The translations under genes were made by a program, and so were the position numbers. The notes under the pieces were generated by a model. It worked only from the letters and a program-made list of their open reading frames with translations, was not told the DNA's origin and ran no database searches. DNA of 64,000 bases from Lama glama (lineage: Eukaryota), in the NCBI GenBank assembly GCA_028534125.1, contig CM052816.1, forward strand, positions 64,110,001-64,174,000, in the 5' to 3' direction. Positions 34,871 through 49,458 of this stretch are shown here, piece after piece. Each line of letters opens with the position of its first letter. Positions within the stretch are counted from its first letter, which is position 1.

Positions 34871-37469
34871 AAAGAATAATATGGCTGGTTGAACCCTAAG
34901 GAATAGTTGTGCCTATAAAACAACCTTTGAATTTACTGTTTTGGGCTGCTTTTCCAAGAAGAGCAAATCCAAGGTTACCTATGTTTTATGGTAAAAAGCA
35001 CAGAACTCTGGTAACAGGAAGACCTGGACTTGTGTGACCTGGAGCCAGTTAGTTAGTCCTTTTGCACCAATTTTTAACATTTTTATGGAGATAAAATGGG
35101 ATATCTGATACAAGTCCCTATACAGACTTGTGGTTGAATGTGTGTTAATTATATCCTCCCATTTCCTAGAAAGGGGACTGAAAAGAACAAGCCAGGGGCC
35201 CAAGCCCTGAAAGGGGATGAAGTTGTGAGTTGTAAGACCACAAGAGGAATTGAGGAAAATGGATAAAACTGAAGCCTGTCATAACTCCTGTGGCCCACTG
35301 TGAAGGCTCAGTTTCAATGACAACTCTAAAATTCAAGACATGGTCCAGACAACAACTAAGTAGTGATTAGACAGCCTGCGGCCAGTGTAGGGTGTTATCA
35401 GGACAGGACGCAGGCTGGGGGACCTTGAGATATTCCCACATCTTTCCCCTGGTCATGCCTGGTTCTGCAATTTATGGAAGACCTGAGGAAGTTGTGGAGG
35501 TCCCACCTGTAGGGAGTGGGGGACTTCAGAAGCAGGGCTGGAAGGTGGGACATTTTCAAAGCAAGAAACAGAGACACATGAGTAATTCCAGCCCTTTAAA
35601 GATTGTCCTCATCTCAGATGGCCACATGAATCTGTAAAGACCTATTTCATTGTGAAATGGTCCCCCAAAAATGCCATATGGATGGAAGAAAGAAAGTGAC
35701 CCCTACTGAGATTATCTGTAGCTTTATATCTTTTCATTCATCTCATTTATCCACAAAGATTCCCATTCCCAAATGTAAATTCTAGACCAGTGGCCCTAGA
35801 ACACTCCTTGTCCCCCACATCTTAGAGGGCCAAAGAGTAAACAGTGCCCCTACATTCAGTCAGCAACCCTGCCAATCTTTCTTTCTTCTATAGTGTCTTT
35901 AGCACTTGCCTTATTTTGGAAGAGAGACAAATAAAGAAGAGAAAAAATACATCAGTATATAGCTAAAACCCTAGCTCCTGATTTTCAATTTCAGTCAGCC
36001 CACTTAAGGAACAGTGCCATGCATAGTGGTGTGGGGGAAATACAGGTAATAATGAGTACCTCATAGGATCACCGTGCAGGTAGAAAAAGATGGTGACCCA
36101 GCTGAACAAACTGTAGATTTGGAGTCAGGTAGACGTATTCCTACACCTGAAACTGTTTAAAACCTCAAACACCAGCCTGGGAAAGCTGTTCTGAAATACT
36201 GCGTGTAAAATGCCTAGTACAGTGTCCGGCATTAGTAGTCCTCAGGAAATGGTAGGAAAGGTGAAGTACTTTACACAGTGATTGGCACAATCATAGATCT
36301 TGCCCCACGTTTTTCCCTAGGATGGTGGTGTCAGATAGCCAAGATAGGACTGAGAAGAGGCATGAGAGGGCCTAGATAATCCCAGTACAGAGGAAGCCAA
36401 AGGAGAGCTATTTGATACGAGCTATTAGTCTGGCAACCGCATGCCAAGGGCAACTTTAGCTCTAGACCTCAGGACTGAGGCAGGTTCTGTCCTGGGTGGA
36501 AGCTTCCAGTGGGAGAAAACACCACCCCCAGGTTGCTGCAGCAGGAAGCCAGATGTCTCATCAGGGAAGCTGGTCAACCTGGCAGGAGGTGGCATGGATG
36601 CACCCTGATGCATGCATTTATAGATAGGGGACTAAACGCCTGCCAGAGATCACCAATATCTGACCTCACTTGGCAGCAGCTGCCCTATCCAGCCCATTCA
36701 GAAAGTCCAGAATCCTGCAAGGTGCATAGAAATGTGGCGATTTGAAATGATTCACCAGCCAACTCTTTTCCTCAGTCCGAAGCTCCTACTGAGCCCTTAG
36801 ATTCAATGATAAAGAAGGAGGCCACTGTTTACATCGCAAGCCCTTTGTGCAAACTGTTCCTGCCTCAGTGGGTTGCAGGTTGTCTGCAGAGAAAAAAAGG
36901 CATACACTTTTATCAGCCCTCTTTGTGGGCTTCGGCTTCTCCCCACCCTTCTCTGATGATGAGCTTTTCTCCCTGCAGTTGTGCACATTCATCTCCGAAG
37001 TCAGAGAGGAGAGATTTTCATCTCAAGGCAAAGGGTACCTGGTGAGAGGCTAGAGGTGGGGTAGGGGGTGAGGCTGGGATGAGGACCAGGGAGGACATCT
37101 TTTTTTTTCAATTGATGTCCAGTCCATTTACAGTGTTGTGTCAGTTTTTGGTGTACAGCACAGTGATTCAGTTTTACATATATATTTTTCATAATAAAGA
37201 GGGATTCTCAAGGGCCTTAAAAGTTCTATTGCGGAAAAAAAAAAAATGGTGCCTATCTCTTTAGGCTGGCTTAGCATGATAACCTGGAGTCCAGCAAAGG
37301 GAGCTCAGAGCCAAGCTAAGAACGCCAAAATGAAATGACCCAGAAAAGTCATTGAAGAAAAAGTGGTGTGAACTTGAAGCTCATGAAGATGTATCAAAGC
37401 CTGGGTTAACTTACTGAGTAGCTAATATAAGCACATGGTATGAAATTCTGAAGAGGGAAAAGTCAGTCT

Positions 37470-38570
37470 CTGTCTTACCCCTGTATCCTAACCAAGCAGA
37501 TCCCCTCCCTGAAAGTAAGCATTATTAACAATTTTCTGTATGTTCTTTGCAAAGTAATCTGTGTACCCATAAGCATATGTTTATATATATCAAATCTTCC
37601 CCACACCATAAATGGTAATAGACAGTACATATTGTTCTGACTTGCTTTTTCTGTACTTAACAATGTATCTTGGAAATTATTCAGTTGTTCTCTCTAATTA
37701 TTTACCATTAAACATATTTGTACTGCTGTCACCTGCTTTAAAAAATATCATTTAGCCTCCAGCTCTAAAATGTTTGGAAGTCAGTGTGTTTGCTTTCTTT
37801 TTCTCTTCCAGAACTTTGGTGAAATATATCGTTTCTACACTGACATAGTGTGACACTTGCATTCTGTATAACAAGCATCATTTTCCCAAGAGTTTTAACT
37901 CCTAGTCCTAAAGCTGCATAGATTCAGTTCTTACCCCCATTCCTTTTGCCAAGGTTTCTCCACTTCTTAGTTGACCAAAATTTGCCGCCTTATAGTTCTT
38001 TCAAAAAGTGGTCAGCAGAACTGCTGGTTTTAAGTATTTGAAAATGTCTTCTGCTTATCCACGTATAAAATTCTTGGATTCCTCAAATTTTCTTTCCGTG
38101 ATTTGAAAAAATGTCAACCGTTCCTGTGGAGAAGTTAAATACTAATTAGCCTGATGTTTTCCCCTGTATAGGTGACTTTTCCTCTTGGTTAGAATATTCA
38201 CAGGATTCTTTATCTTTGAAGTCTAGTTACTATGCTGTAATTTAATGCTTAGTGCATCAGTTCCTCCCGGGACATGATATGCCCTTTCATAGTAGAAATT
38301 CAAGTCTTTTTCATTTCTGGAGATATTTTTGAATAATATGTTTGAGTATTTTCTTCCGTTTGTGGGGTTCTTTTCAGTAGGGATGCTATTTGTGGACCTC
38401 ATCTGACTGATGTTCCTATTTATTATTTTCACATTACTCTTGTCTAGCTCTTCTTTGTTCCCAATTCATTTTGCTTGCTTTTCAGTCCTTTCCTTTGTAT
38501 CCTTCTTGTGCTTTTATCGGTGTTTTTATTCCTGTTGGTGCTTGTTGCAATGAGGGTTTCACTTCTTTTT
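37470..38570 (-). mobile_element. Highly decayed L1M fragments
   Basis: T-rich decayed L1-like sequence with an ORF1-like peptide (DLNFYYERAYHVPG). Confidence 0.45.
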
Positions 38571-38599
38571 GTGTCATCCTCCCCGGACTCTCCCAGCTC

Positions 38600-38830
38600 C
38601 TGGGGACAGTCTCGTGGTGAAAAGTGAGGGCTCTGAAGTCAAGAGTTTGATTCTACTTACCAGAACACAACTCTGGTTAAGTTACTTGACCTTTGGTTAC
38701 CTCAAATTTAAATTAAGTTAAAAAAGAGCATCTACCTTGTAGGGCTGTTGTAAGGATCAATGAGTTAATACATAAAAGCACTCTGAACCACTATGGGCAC
38801 ATTTTAAGGTCTGTTTGTAAATTAGCAGGA
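38600..38830 (+). mobile_element. MIR SINE
   Basis: ggctctgaagtcaag...aagttacttgacc...agggctgttgtaaggatcaatgagttaata. Confidence 0.65.
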
Positions 38831-40689
38831 GATCATGATGGTGATGGTGGTAGTAATAATAACAACAATAATCAGAGCTGCTTCTTCCCTGAGCTCTTGT
38901 ATCTCCACTTTGGCCTCTTAAATCAACCTGTGACATTTTTTGAATTCATGGTGATTTCCTTCTCTGCTTCTGGTGGGGTTGAGGCCTCCCTGGCTTGTGA
39001 GAGGAGAGGGCAGAGCCCTAGCAATGCCTTTTTCTCCTACAGCCTTCCTAAGGAGTTTAGCCCCCACAACACCTCCACACAGAGGGAGGGAGAGAGGCTC
39101 TAAGGACTGAGGTCCTGAACTATGGAAACACCTTGTGCCATTGGCACATCCACCTTCCCTGAGAGGCCAAGCCCACCTCACTTCAGCTTTTCAGAGATCT
39201 GGGTCCTGCCACATCATACAGTATCTCCATACTAGGCTTATATACTTCACAACCACCACAGCCTCTATCATGGCTTTAATTGGAGAAGCAAGATAGCCAG
39301 GCTCTTCTTTTTGATTTGTTATAAAAAACGTTATTATATTCACCCACTAACCAGCAGGCACCAAGCCTTTCTCCCCTCAGAGTTACCAAAACCACAAGCA
39401 CCAACTGCTGGATAACAGTCAGATATATTTAAATGTCTCCTTAATTTTAAAAGAAAAAAAAAGCATCTGAGAGCTTGTCTGGTTTCCTCTTTACTGCACT
39501 TGAGCAGGGTCAGCCCAGGACTCTTGAGTCACCAAGTCATCATGTCATTTGTAACCTGGAGTAAGAACTGCTGGTTGGAAATACCTTGCACATACAGGAA
39601 GCCACTTTCTCCACAAAAGTTCTCATGCAGAGCAAGACCACATCCCACCAGGAAGGCCTCAGAGTGGACAAATCGCTGCCTCAAAGACGTGGCCTTTATA
39701 AATCATGTGGTGGAACTTCAGGGCTTTCAGACCAATGGCTCAGAGAAAGAGGCCCTTAAGAAGGTCATCAAGATAAAGAGAAATGTGCTGCCCTCACTTC
39801 AGTTCCACCTGAGCCGCTGGCAGCATAGTCATGAAGCCCCAGGGGGCTTGGGGGACAAACTGGCCTTGAGTGTGGACTCTCTGCCCAGCCATTTAAAGAA
39901 ATGTTTTCATACAGCATCATCGGTTCTGAGTCTTCCAAATCTCCTAGAGTGACAGCAATCAAAATGGATTGGAGGAATTTCATCCACAAATTAAATTTCC
40001 TGGTTCCCGTTATGGAAGCTCAGTGGCTTGGTCTCGTGGCCAGTGAGGGGATCTGAGGGTTTGAGATATGAATGTAAAAGGCAGAAAGCATTTGATCATC
40101 TGGCACAATTGAATGGTTTAAAAGTGGACATGGCTGCCCTTTGAGCTCTGGGAGCCAGAGTTGGCAGTGCCTGCTGAAACTGTTTGGGCCACTGACTGTG
40201 ATTTTAGGAAGGGCTCATGTCTTCGAAGTTTCCTGCCTGATTTTCTGCAGGCTCAGTTGTTTTCTTAAGTGCTGTGTATAAGGGCTAACATATTGATTGG
40301 CGTAGGAAATCATCCCTGTCTAATTCTGTTCTAAAAAAGCTCTTTTGTTGAATGTCTTTGGGTCTCTACTGGTTTTCACCTGGAGGGAGCTCACCCATGG
40401 TCCGCCCACAGGTGCTCCTTGGCGGTTACACGTTGGCGTCTGTGTGTGGCAGCACTTCCCTGACCGTGATGACAAGTACTGTTTCCCTCGTGACGCACCA
40501 GAGTCGCAGAGACATGCTCCTGCCAAGAGCTGTGGGCAGAGAAGGAGGCAGGGTTCCCATGTCTGGGACATAGTCCGGCTTGGCCAGCCAGCCACCTCCA
40601 CGCCTGCTCTTTCTAGTCCATCTTGTTTCACGATTGATCCTTCATGTAGACCTGACAATGTAGGGTGTGACAGGAAAAGAAAAATGGTC

Positions 40690-40850
40690 TTTAAAACTGG
40701 GCTTCCTTATCCAGATTCCTGCGTCCCCTGCTAAGAGGTCAGAATGACTGGGTCTGTGTTGTGGTCCAGGAGTTTGCATGTCTGACAGCCCCCTCAGATG
40801 GTTCTAAGGTAGGTAGTGCATGGGCCCTGCAGTGATAAACACTGCTATAT
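40690..40850. mobile_element. MER5-like DNA transposon fragment
   Basis: ccagattc...ggtctgtgttgtggtccaggagtttgcatgtctgacagccccctcagatggttct. Confidence 0.45.
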
Positions 40851-41299
40851 TAAATGATTCATAGATTGAGGAGAAAAAAGTGTATTTTTTATGGTTAAAA
40901 AAATTTAATGGACATGTCCTCCCCTTCCACTATCACTGGTGATAGGATAGCTGGATAGAGATTGCTGAAGTTGGATATAGAGGCGGAAAATATGGATGTA
41001 TTCTGGGCGGCTTCTCTCTGGGCTGTTAGGTTTTCAAATGCACACACACACAAAATTGTGTTTCCTTGGCTCAGACAAAGATAAAATTGATCTTGTCATG
41101 TTATTCTATCAAATTCAAGACTTTTGTTGAAGAATTCCACCCACCTTGCTTCTTCTATTTTAAAATCCATTGTGGCATTTCTTCTTGAGAGTCAGAGCTA
41201 TGTCTTCTATTTTGGTGGGTTCTCTCTACAGTGGTAAGAACATAGTACATGTTCAATAAACTCAATTCTATGACAAGCAGCAGACATAACAGAAATAAT

Positions 41300-41540
41300 A
41301 ACTCTACAGTGGTTTATGAGTTTGATGTTGGAGCCAGCTGTCTGGGCTTGAATCTGCCACTTACTAGCTGTGTGGTTTTGGATGACCTTTCTCTGATTCA
41401 GTTTCTTCTTCAGTAAAAATGGGAAATGTAATAATAAAACATGCCTCATAGGATTGTTGTGAGGAATAAATTCGTTAATATGAAGTACATAGAACTGTGC
41501 CTGATTCATAGAAACTGCTAAGTGTGCTTGCTATCATTTT
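41300..41540 (+). mobile_element. MIR SINE
   Basis: ctgggcttgaatctgccacttactagctgtgtg...cagtttcttcttcagtaaaaatggg...ggattgttgtgaggaataaa. Confidence 0.8.
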
Positions 41541-42520
41541 TATTGTTTTTTTTATCATTCTTACTTTTTATGACTTCAACAATGCATTTTAAAGTATGTT
41601 TGTTGTATTTTAGCACACATGCTAGGCGTTTTGAAGCAGAGGGCTTTTTAAAATTGTTAGTGTCTGTGTTACCAGAAATGAAAATCTCCTGATTGAGCCC
41701 TAGTTTCTATTTTTGTTCCTCTTTTCCTGTGATACTTTGGTAGTAGAATATGGACACATTCAACTATAATTCCCCTTTTTTAGATTGTTTCTTTTTCTTG
41801 CATTTGAATATTGATACATGAGTACTTTCAGCACCGTAAATTTTTTTTCTGCTGTGTTAGTCTTGTTATTTATAACTTCCACCATAATTGTTGATTCTTA
41901 GGAGGGTTGAAAGTAAGAGTTAATTTAGTTTTTAATGCTGCTTAATTTCCAAATTCTTGGACTAAGTTGTACACTTACCTTAATGCATTTAGGTACAGAC
42001 CACCTGCAAATAAAAGATGGCTATCTGACTAACCAAGCTATCTTTCCTTGTGCTATGGGGTGGGGGAAGTATAAGATAAAATAGAAAGACTGTAAAAGGT
42101 ACAGTATAAATCTCCTCTCCACCTCCTTGGGTCAAAGCCAAAAATATTATACAAGTGGGCAAAGTGTTCTTCTTGTCTCTCCTAAATTGTTATTTTAAAG
42201 ATTAAAGTAATAAGATATAAAAAAGTTACCATAGTAATTAGCTTGTGTGAGAAGCCAGTAAAATGTCTGCATAGAATTCTTTAATTATAATGTGTTAGTT
42301 CAGTGACATGAATATTTTTTTAAAATGTAATTTTTAATTTCATCACTTTGAATCCAATGGACTAATGGCTTATTTAAGCCTCATGCACTGATATTAAAAT
42401 TTATCTATTATTGATGTCTTTTCTAACTCCTAATATCCCTCTTTCTCTTTCTTTTTATTAGTGATACTTTTATTTCATTTTACTGATGGTGGTGTGTACT
42501 TGTATGTCCTAACTGGCAAA

Positions 42521-45500
42521 ATTTTTTTAGTTGAAGTATAGCTGATTTACAGTGTTGTGTTAGTTTCAGGTATTCAGCAAACTAATTCAGTTATATATAT
42601 ATGTGTGTGTATAAACACACACACACACACATATATATAACTGAATCACATATATATGTATCTGTATTTTTTTTCTTTTTCATTCTAAGTTATTACAAGA
42701 TATTGAGTATAGCTCCCTGTGCTACACAGTAAACCTTTGTTGTTTATTTTATATACAGTAGTATATATCTGTTAATCACAAACTTCTAATTTATTCCTCC
42801 CAAACTTTTCCCTTTTGGTAACTGTTAAGTTTGTTTTCTATTTCTGTGAGCCTGTTTCTGTTTTATATATAAGTTCACTTGTGTCATTTTTTTAGATTCC
42901 ACATATGAGAGATAATGTGATATTTGTCTTTCTCTGTTTGGTGTACTTCAGTTAGTGTGATAATCTCTGGGTCTATCCATGTTGCTGCAAGTGGCATTAT
43001 TTCATTCTTTTTTTATGGCTGAGTAATGGTCCATTGTGTGTGTATAAATATACCATATCTTCTTTATCCAGTCATCTATTGATGGACATTTAGGTTGTTT
43101 CCATGTCTTGTCTATTGTAAATAGTGCTGCTATCAATGTTGGGGTGCATGTATCTTTTTGAATTAAGAGTTTTCTCTGCATTCATGCCCAGGAATGGAAT
43201 TGCTGGATCATGTGGTAATTCTATTTTTATTTTTTTAAGGAACCACTATGGAGGTTCCATAGTGGCTGCACCAATTTACATTCAAACTAACAGTGTGGGA
43301 GGGTTTCCTTTTCTGCACACCCTTTCCAGCCTGTATTATTCATAGACTTTTAGAGGATGGCCATTTTGACTGGTGTGAGGAGATTCCTTATTGTAGTTTT
43401 GATTTGCATGTTTCTAATAATTATCAGTGATGAGCACCTTTTCATGTACCTGTTGGCCATCTGTATATCTTCTTTGAAGAAATGTCCAGTTTTGGATTGG
43501 GTTGTTTTGTTTGTTTGTTTGTTTTGGATACTGAGCTGTATAAGCTGTTTGTATATTTTGGAAATTAATCCTTTGTTAGTTGCATCGTTTTCAAATATTT
43601 TCTCCCATTTTGTAGGTTGTAGTTTCATTTTGTTTATAGTTTCGTTTGCTGTGCAAAGGCTTTTAAATTTAATTAGACCCCATTTGTTTATTTTTGCTTT
43701 TGTTTCCTTTGCTTTAGGAGACAGATCCAAAAAAATGTTGCTACGATTTGTGTCAAGAAGTGTTCTGCCTATATTTTCCTCTAGGAGTTTTAAGGGTATC
43801 CTGCCTTACATTTATAAGTTTTTAATCCACTTGAGTTTATTTTTGTATATGATGTTAGAGAATGTTCTAATTTCAGTCTTTTACAGGTAGCTGTCCAGTT
43901 TTCCCAGCACCACTTACTGAAGAGACTGTCTTTTCTCCAGAGTTCCATGTGCACTTGAATAGGATGTGAATTTTGCTGCTGTATATTCTTGCATCCTTTG
44001 CCATGGTTTAATTGACCATAAGTGCATGGGTTTATTTCTGGACTTTCTATCCTGTTATCATTGATCTATGTGGCTGTTTTTGTGCCAGTACCATACTGTT
44101 TTGATTACTGTAGCTTTGTAGTATAGTCTGAAGTCAGGGAGTGTGATTCCTCCAGCTCCATTCTTTCGCAAGATTGTTTTGGCTGTTTGGGGTCTTTTGT
44201 GTCTCCATACAAATTTAAAAGTTTTTTGTTCTAGTTCTGTGCAAAATGCCATTGGTAATTTGATAGTGATTGCATTGAATCTCTAGATTGCCTTAAGTGG
44301 TACAGTTATTTTAACAATACTGATTCTTCCAAATCAAGAAGATGGTTTATTTTTTAGTCTGCTTATGTTGTCTTCAATTTGTTTCATCAGCATCTTAACC
44401 TTTTTGGAATACAGGTCGTTTGCCTCTGTAGGTAAGTTTATTCCTAAGTATACTTTATTCTTTTTGATGTGATGGTGAATGGTATTATTTTCTTAATTTC
44501 TTTTTCTGATAATTCATTGTTAGTGTATAGAAGTAAAACAGATTTCTGTATATTAATTTTGTATCCTCCAACCTTACCAAATTCATTGATGAGCTCTAGT
44601 AGTTTTCTGGTGACATCTTTAGGACTTTCTATGAATAGTATTCTGTCATCTGCAAACAGTGACAGTTTTATTTCTTCCTTTCCAGTTTGGATTCCTTTTA
44701 TTTATTTTTCTTCTCCGATTGTAGTGGCTAGGGCTTCCAAAACTATGTTGAATAAAAGTGGCAAGAGTGGGCATCCTTGTCTTGTTCCTGACCTTAGAGG
44801 AAATGCTCTCCGTTCTTCACTGTTGAGTTTAATGTTATCTATAGATTTGTCGTATATGGCTTTTATTATGTTGAGGCATGTTCCCTCTATGTCCACTTCT
44901 GGAGAGGTTTTTTGTTTTATTTTTTATCATGAATGGATGTTGAATTTTATCAGAAGTTTTTGTTTCTGCATCTGTCGAGATAATCATATAGTTTTTATTT
45001 TTCAGTTTGTTAATGTGGTGTATCACATTGATACGTGAATACTGAAAACTGCATCCCTGGGACAAGTCCCACATGATCATGCTATATGGTCCTTTTACTG
45101 TATTGCTGAATTCAGTTTGCTAGTATTTTGTGGAGGATTTTTGTGTCTGTGTTCATCAGTGATGCTGGCCTGTATGTTTCTTTTTTTGTGTGATATCTTT
45201 GGTTTTGATATCAGGGTAATGGTGGAGTTCAGAAGTGTTTCATCTTCTCCAGATTTTTGGAATAGTTTCAGAAAAATAGGTGTTAACTCTTCTCTAAATG
45301 TTTGGTAGAATTCACCTGTGGGAGTCTTTTAATTACTGATTCAGTTTCAGTACTGGTAATTGGTCCGTTCATGTTTCCTATCTCTTCCTGATTCAGTCTT
45401 GGGAGATTGACCTTTCTAAGGGTTTGTCCATTTCTCCTAGGTTGTCCATTATATTGGGATATAGTTGCTTGTAGTAGTCTCTTATGAGCATTTGTATTTC

Positions 45501-48500
45501 TGTGGTGTCAGTTGTAACTTCCTCTTTCGTTTCTGATTTTATTGACCATTTTTTCTTGGTGAGTCTGGCTAAAGGTTTGTCTTTTCAAAGAACTAGCTTT
45601 TAGTTTCATTGATCTTTTTTATTGATATTTTAGTCTCTATTTCATTTTTTTCTGCTCTGATCTTTATTATTTCTTTCCCTTTACTAACTTTGGGTTTTGT
45701 TTATTTTTCTCGAGTGCTTTAGGTCTAAAATTAGTTTGATTATTTGGTATTTTTCTTGTTTCCTGAGGTAAGCTTGTATTGCTATAAACTTTCCTCTTTC
45801 AGCTGCTTTTGCTGCTTCTGATAGGTTTTGGATTGTCATGTTTTTGTTTTTATTTGTCTCTAGGCAATTTTGTATTTCCTCTGATTTCTTCAGTGATCCA
45901 TTGGTTGTTTTGTAGCATATTGTTTAGCCTCCATGTATTAGGTTTTTTTTTTTTTGCTGTTTTTTTCTCATAGTTGATTTCTATCTTATTGTATTGTGGT
46001 CAGAAAAGATGTGTGATATGATATCAGTTTTCTTAAATGTACTGATGCTTGCTTTGTGGGCCAACATGTGATCTATCCTGGAGAATGTTCCATGTGCACT
46101 TGAATAGAATGTGAATTCTGCTGCTTTTGGATAGTATGTTCTGTAAATATCAATTAAGTCCACTTGGTCTAATGTATTATTTAAGGTCTGTGTTTCCTTA
46201 CTGATTTTCTGTCTGAATGATCTCTCCATTGATGTAAATGGGTTGTTGAAGTCCCTCAGTATTATTCTGTTGCTGTTAGTTTCTCCTTTTTTGTCTGTTA
46301 ACATTTGCTTTATATATTGAGGTGCTTCTATATTGGGTACATATATATTTACACTCATTATATCTTCTTGTTTTGATTGATTGATCATTATGTAATGTCC
46401 TTCTTTTTCTCTTATTACAGTCCTTATATTAAAGTTTATTTTGTCTGATAAAAGTATTGCTACCCTGGCTGTCTTCTGACTTCCATTTGCGTGGAATACC
46501 TTTTCCCATCCCCTCATTTCCATTCTGTATGTATCTCTAGATCTGAAGTGAGTCTCTTGTAGGCAGCACATGTAGGAGTCTTATTTTTGTATGCATTTAG
46601 CTATGCTATGTCTTTTAGTTGGATCATTTAGTCTATTTACTTTTAAGATAATTATCAATATGTATGTTCTTACTGCAATTTTGTTAACTATTTTGGATTT
46701 GCTTTGTAGGTCTTTTTTTCAGTCTTCTTTTATTCTTTTGTGATTTGATGTTTGTCTTTAACGTTATGTTTGGATTCCTTTTACTTTGTGTATATCTATT
46801 ATAGATTTTTGGTTTGCAGTTACTATGAGATTTTTGTTTAGCAGTCTATATGTATACAAATTGTTTTAAGTTGCTGATCTCTTAATTTCAAATGCATTTT
46901 TAAAACAGCATTTGATCTCTTCTCCTCTCACAATTACTGCTTTTGATATCGTGTTTTACATCTAGTTGTTTTGTGTACCCCTGACTGCTTGTTGTGGATA
47001 CAGTTGGCTTTACTGCTTTTGTCTTTTAATCTCCCTACTAGCTTTGTGTGTGGATGATTTCCTCCCTTAACTGTATATTTGCCTTTAGTGGTGACCTTTT
47101 TAATTTCATAATTTTTTTTTCCAGTTGTGGCCTTTTCTTTTTCACCTATAGAAGTTTCTATAACATTTGTTGTAAAGCTGGTTTGGTGGTGCTGAATTCT
47201 TTTACCTTTTGACTGTCTGTAAAGTTTTGATTTCTCCATCAAATCTGAATAAGAGCCTTGCTGGGTAGAGTATTCCTGATTGTAGGTGTTTCCTTTTCAT
47301 CACTTTCAATATACCATACCATTTTCTCTGGCCTACAGAAGTTCTGCTGAAAAATCAGCTGATAGCCCTATGGAGTTCCCATGTATGTTACTTATTGCTT
47401 TACCTTTGCTGCTTGTAATATTCAGTCTTTATCTTCAATTTTTGTCATTTTGATTACAATGTGTCTTGGTGTGTTCCTGTTTGGGTTACTCCTATATAGA
47501 ACTCTCTACACTTCCTGAACTTGGGTGACTATTTTCTTTCCCAGGTTAGGGAAGTTTTTAGCTGTTATCTCTTCCAGTATCTTCTTGGGCCCTTTCTCTC
47601 GCTCTCCTCCTTCTGGGACCCCTATAATGTAAATATCAGTGTACTTGATGTTGTCCCAGAGGGCTTTTAAGCTATCCTTTTTTCTTTTCTTTTCTTTTTT
47701 GTTCCACGGCCATGATTTCCACTACTCTTGTATTCCAGCTCACTGATCCATTCTTCTGTCTCACTTAATCTACTGTTGATTCCTTGTAGTGTATATTTCA
47801 TTTTAGTTATTGCATTTTCCATCTCTGGTTGTTCTTTATATTTTTTAACTCTTTGTTAAAAACTTTTACCTTCTTGCTCTGTGCATCCATTCTCCTCCCA
47901 AGTTCTTTGATTATCCATACAATCATTACTCTGAACTCTTTTTTGGGTAGATTTCCTATCTCTGCTTCAATTAATTCTTTTGGAGTTGTATTTTGTTCCC
48001 TCATCTGGAACATAATCCTCGGTCACCTCGTTTTGTCTGAGTTGCTATTTGTATTTTTATGTATCTGATAGGTTAGTTACATTTCTTGACCTTGGAGAAG
48101 TGGCCCTCTGTAGGAGATGTCCTATGTGCCCAGTAGTGCACTCCCCTCTCATCATCCAAGCTGTGTGTTTATAGGGGTTCCTCCTAAGAGGGCTGCATGG
48201 GTCTTTTTTTTTTTTTTGTGGAGGGATGACTATGTGGGTGGGCTGGTAGGCTTGGTTGGCCCCTGTTGCCAGGTCCTGCCTGTGTGGATGCTGCTGGCTG
48301 CTGTTTAGTGGGACCTGGTCACAAGGTAGCTGGTTGCAGAACCCTAGGGGAAACCTGGAGGCCCCGGGGCTACTGCTGGCTCACTGGTGGACGGATTCAA
48401 GGTTCCAAAGACACTGGGGCTGTTGCCCACCCACTGGCAGGTGAATCCAGATCCTGGGGTTAGTGCTTGACTACTGGCAGGCAGAGTTGTTTCCCAGAAT

Positions 48501-49458
48501 CTGATTGAAGGGCCCAGGGATCTCAGAGCTCAATACAGATCATTGGTGAGAGGCAGCCAGTTCCTGACACTGTTGGGTATTGAGTCTGGGGTGTCTTGAA
48601 AGTTGCGTTGGCCTGCTAGTGGTAGGGTCTGGCCTGCTATTGGCAGACTTGGTATGCAGACCATGGGTTCATAGTTTTCTTGCTTCTGGTGTCTGCTCCT
48701 GGTGGGTGAGGCTGGTCTAGAGGCTTGTGCAGGCCTTCAGGCAGAAAGGGCTGGTACCTGCCCACTGGTGGGTGAAGCTGGGTCTTGGAACTCTGGTGAG
48801 AACAGCCATGTCTAGGGGCCTGTCTAGAGGCAGACGTGGGCTCAGTAAGTCTTTAGGTAGCCTGTCTGCTGATGAGTATGGCCCAGTTACTTGTTTGGCC
48901 TGAGGTATCCAAGCACTGGAGCCTACAGGCTATTAGGTGGGGCCAAGTTTTTGTACTAATGAGCCAGTATGGCAGCCACAAGTAGCTATGTTCACAGGGA
49001 TGAATGTTCCCAAATATGTCTGCCACCGGTGTCTATCCTCAGGGTGAGCCGAAACCCTTCCTGCCTCTCCAGGAGACTCTTAAGACCAGCGAGTAGGTCT
49101 GGCCTAGGCTCCTATCACACTGCTGCTTTTGCCCTGGGTCCAGTGTATGTGGGATTTTGTGTGGGATTTTCTTTTTCCTCCAGTCCTGTGGGGTTCCTAC
49201 AGTTAAGCCCTGCTGGCCTTCAAAGACAAATGTCCTGGGGGCTCATCTTCCTGGTGCTAGACCTCTGAGCCAGGGAGCCTGATATGGGGCTCAGAACTCT
49301 CGCTCCTGTGTGAGAATCTCTGGAATAGAATTATGCCCCAGTTTGTGGGTCACTCACCCAGGCAGTATGGAATTTGATGTCATGAGTCCTCCCCTCCTAC
49401 TCATCTGTTGATTCCTTCCTTATGTCTTTAGTTGTGGAAAATCTTTTCTGGTTGCCAT
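42521..49458 (-). mobile_element. Near-full-length defective L1 (5'UTR homologous to that of 19190-24042)
   Basis: ORF2 EN (CCLQETHF, HGTFSRIDHMLAHK), RT ([18 protein letters not shown]), C-terminus ([26 protein letters not shown]), ORF1 (NLPKKEFRVMIV); many stops; no clear TSD. Confidence 0.93.

Noticed and set aside
30140..42500. Short ORFs and homeobox-like motifs (for example near 32985 and 39695) as exons or enhancers
   Set aside because: No recognisable protein similarity or exon chain; conservation cannot be assessed from one sequence.
43357..45038. Hydrophobic plus-strand ORFs of 177 and 189 aa
   Set aside because: Antisense translations of A-rich L1 ORF2.
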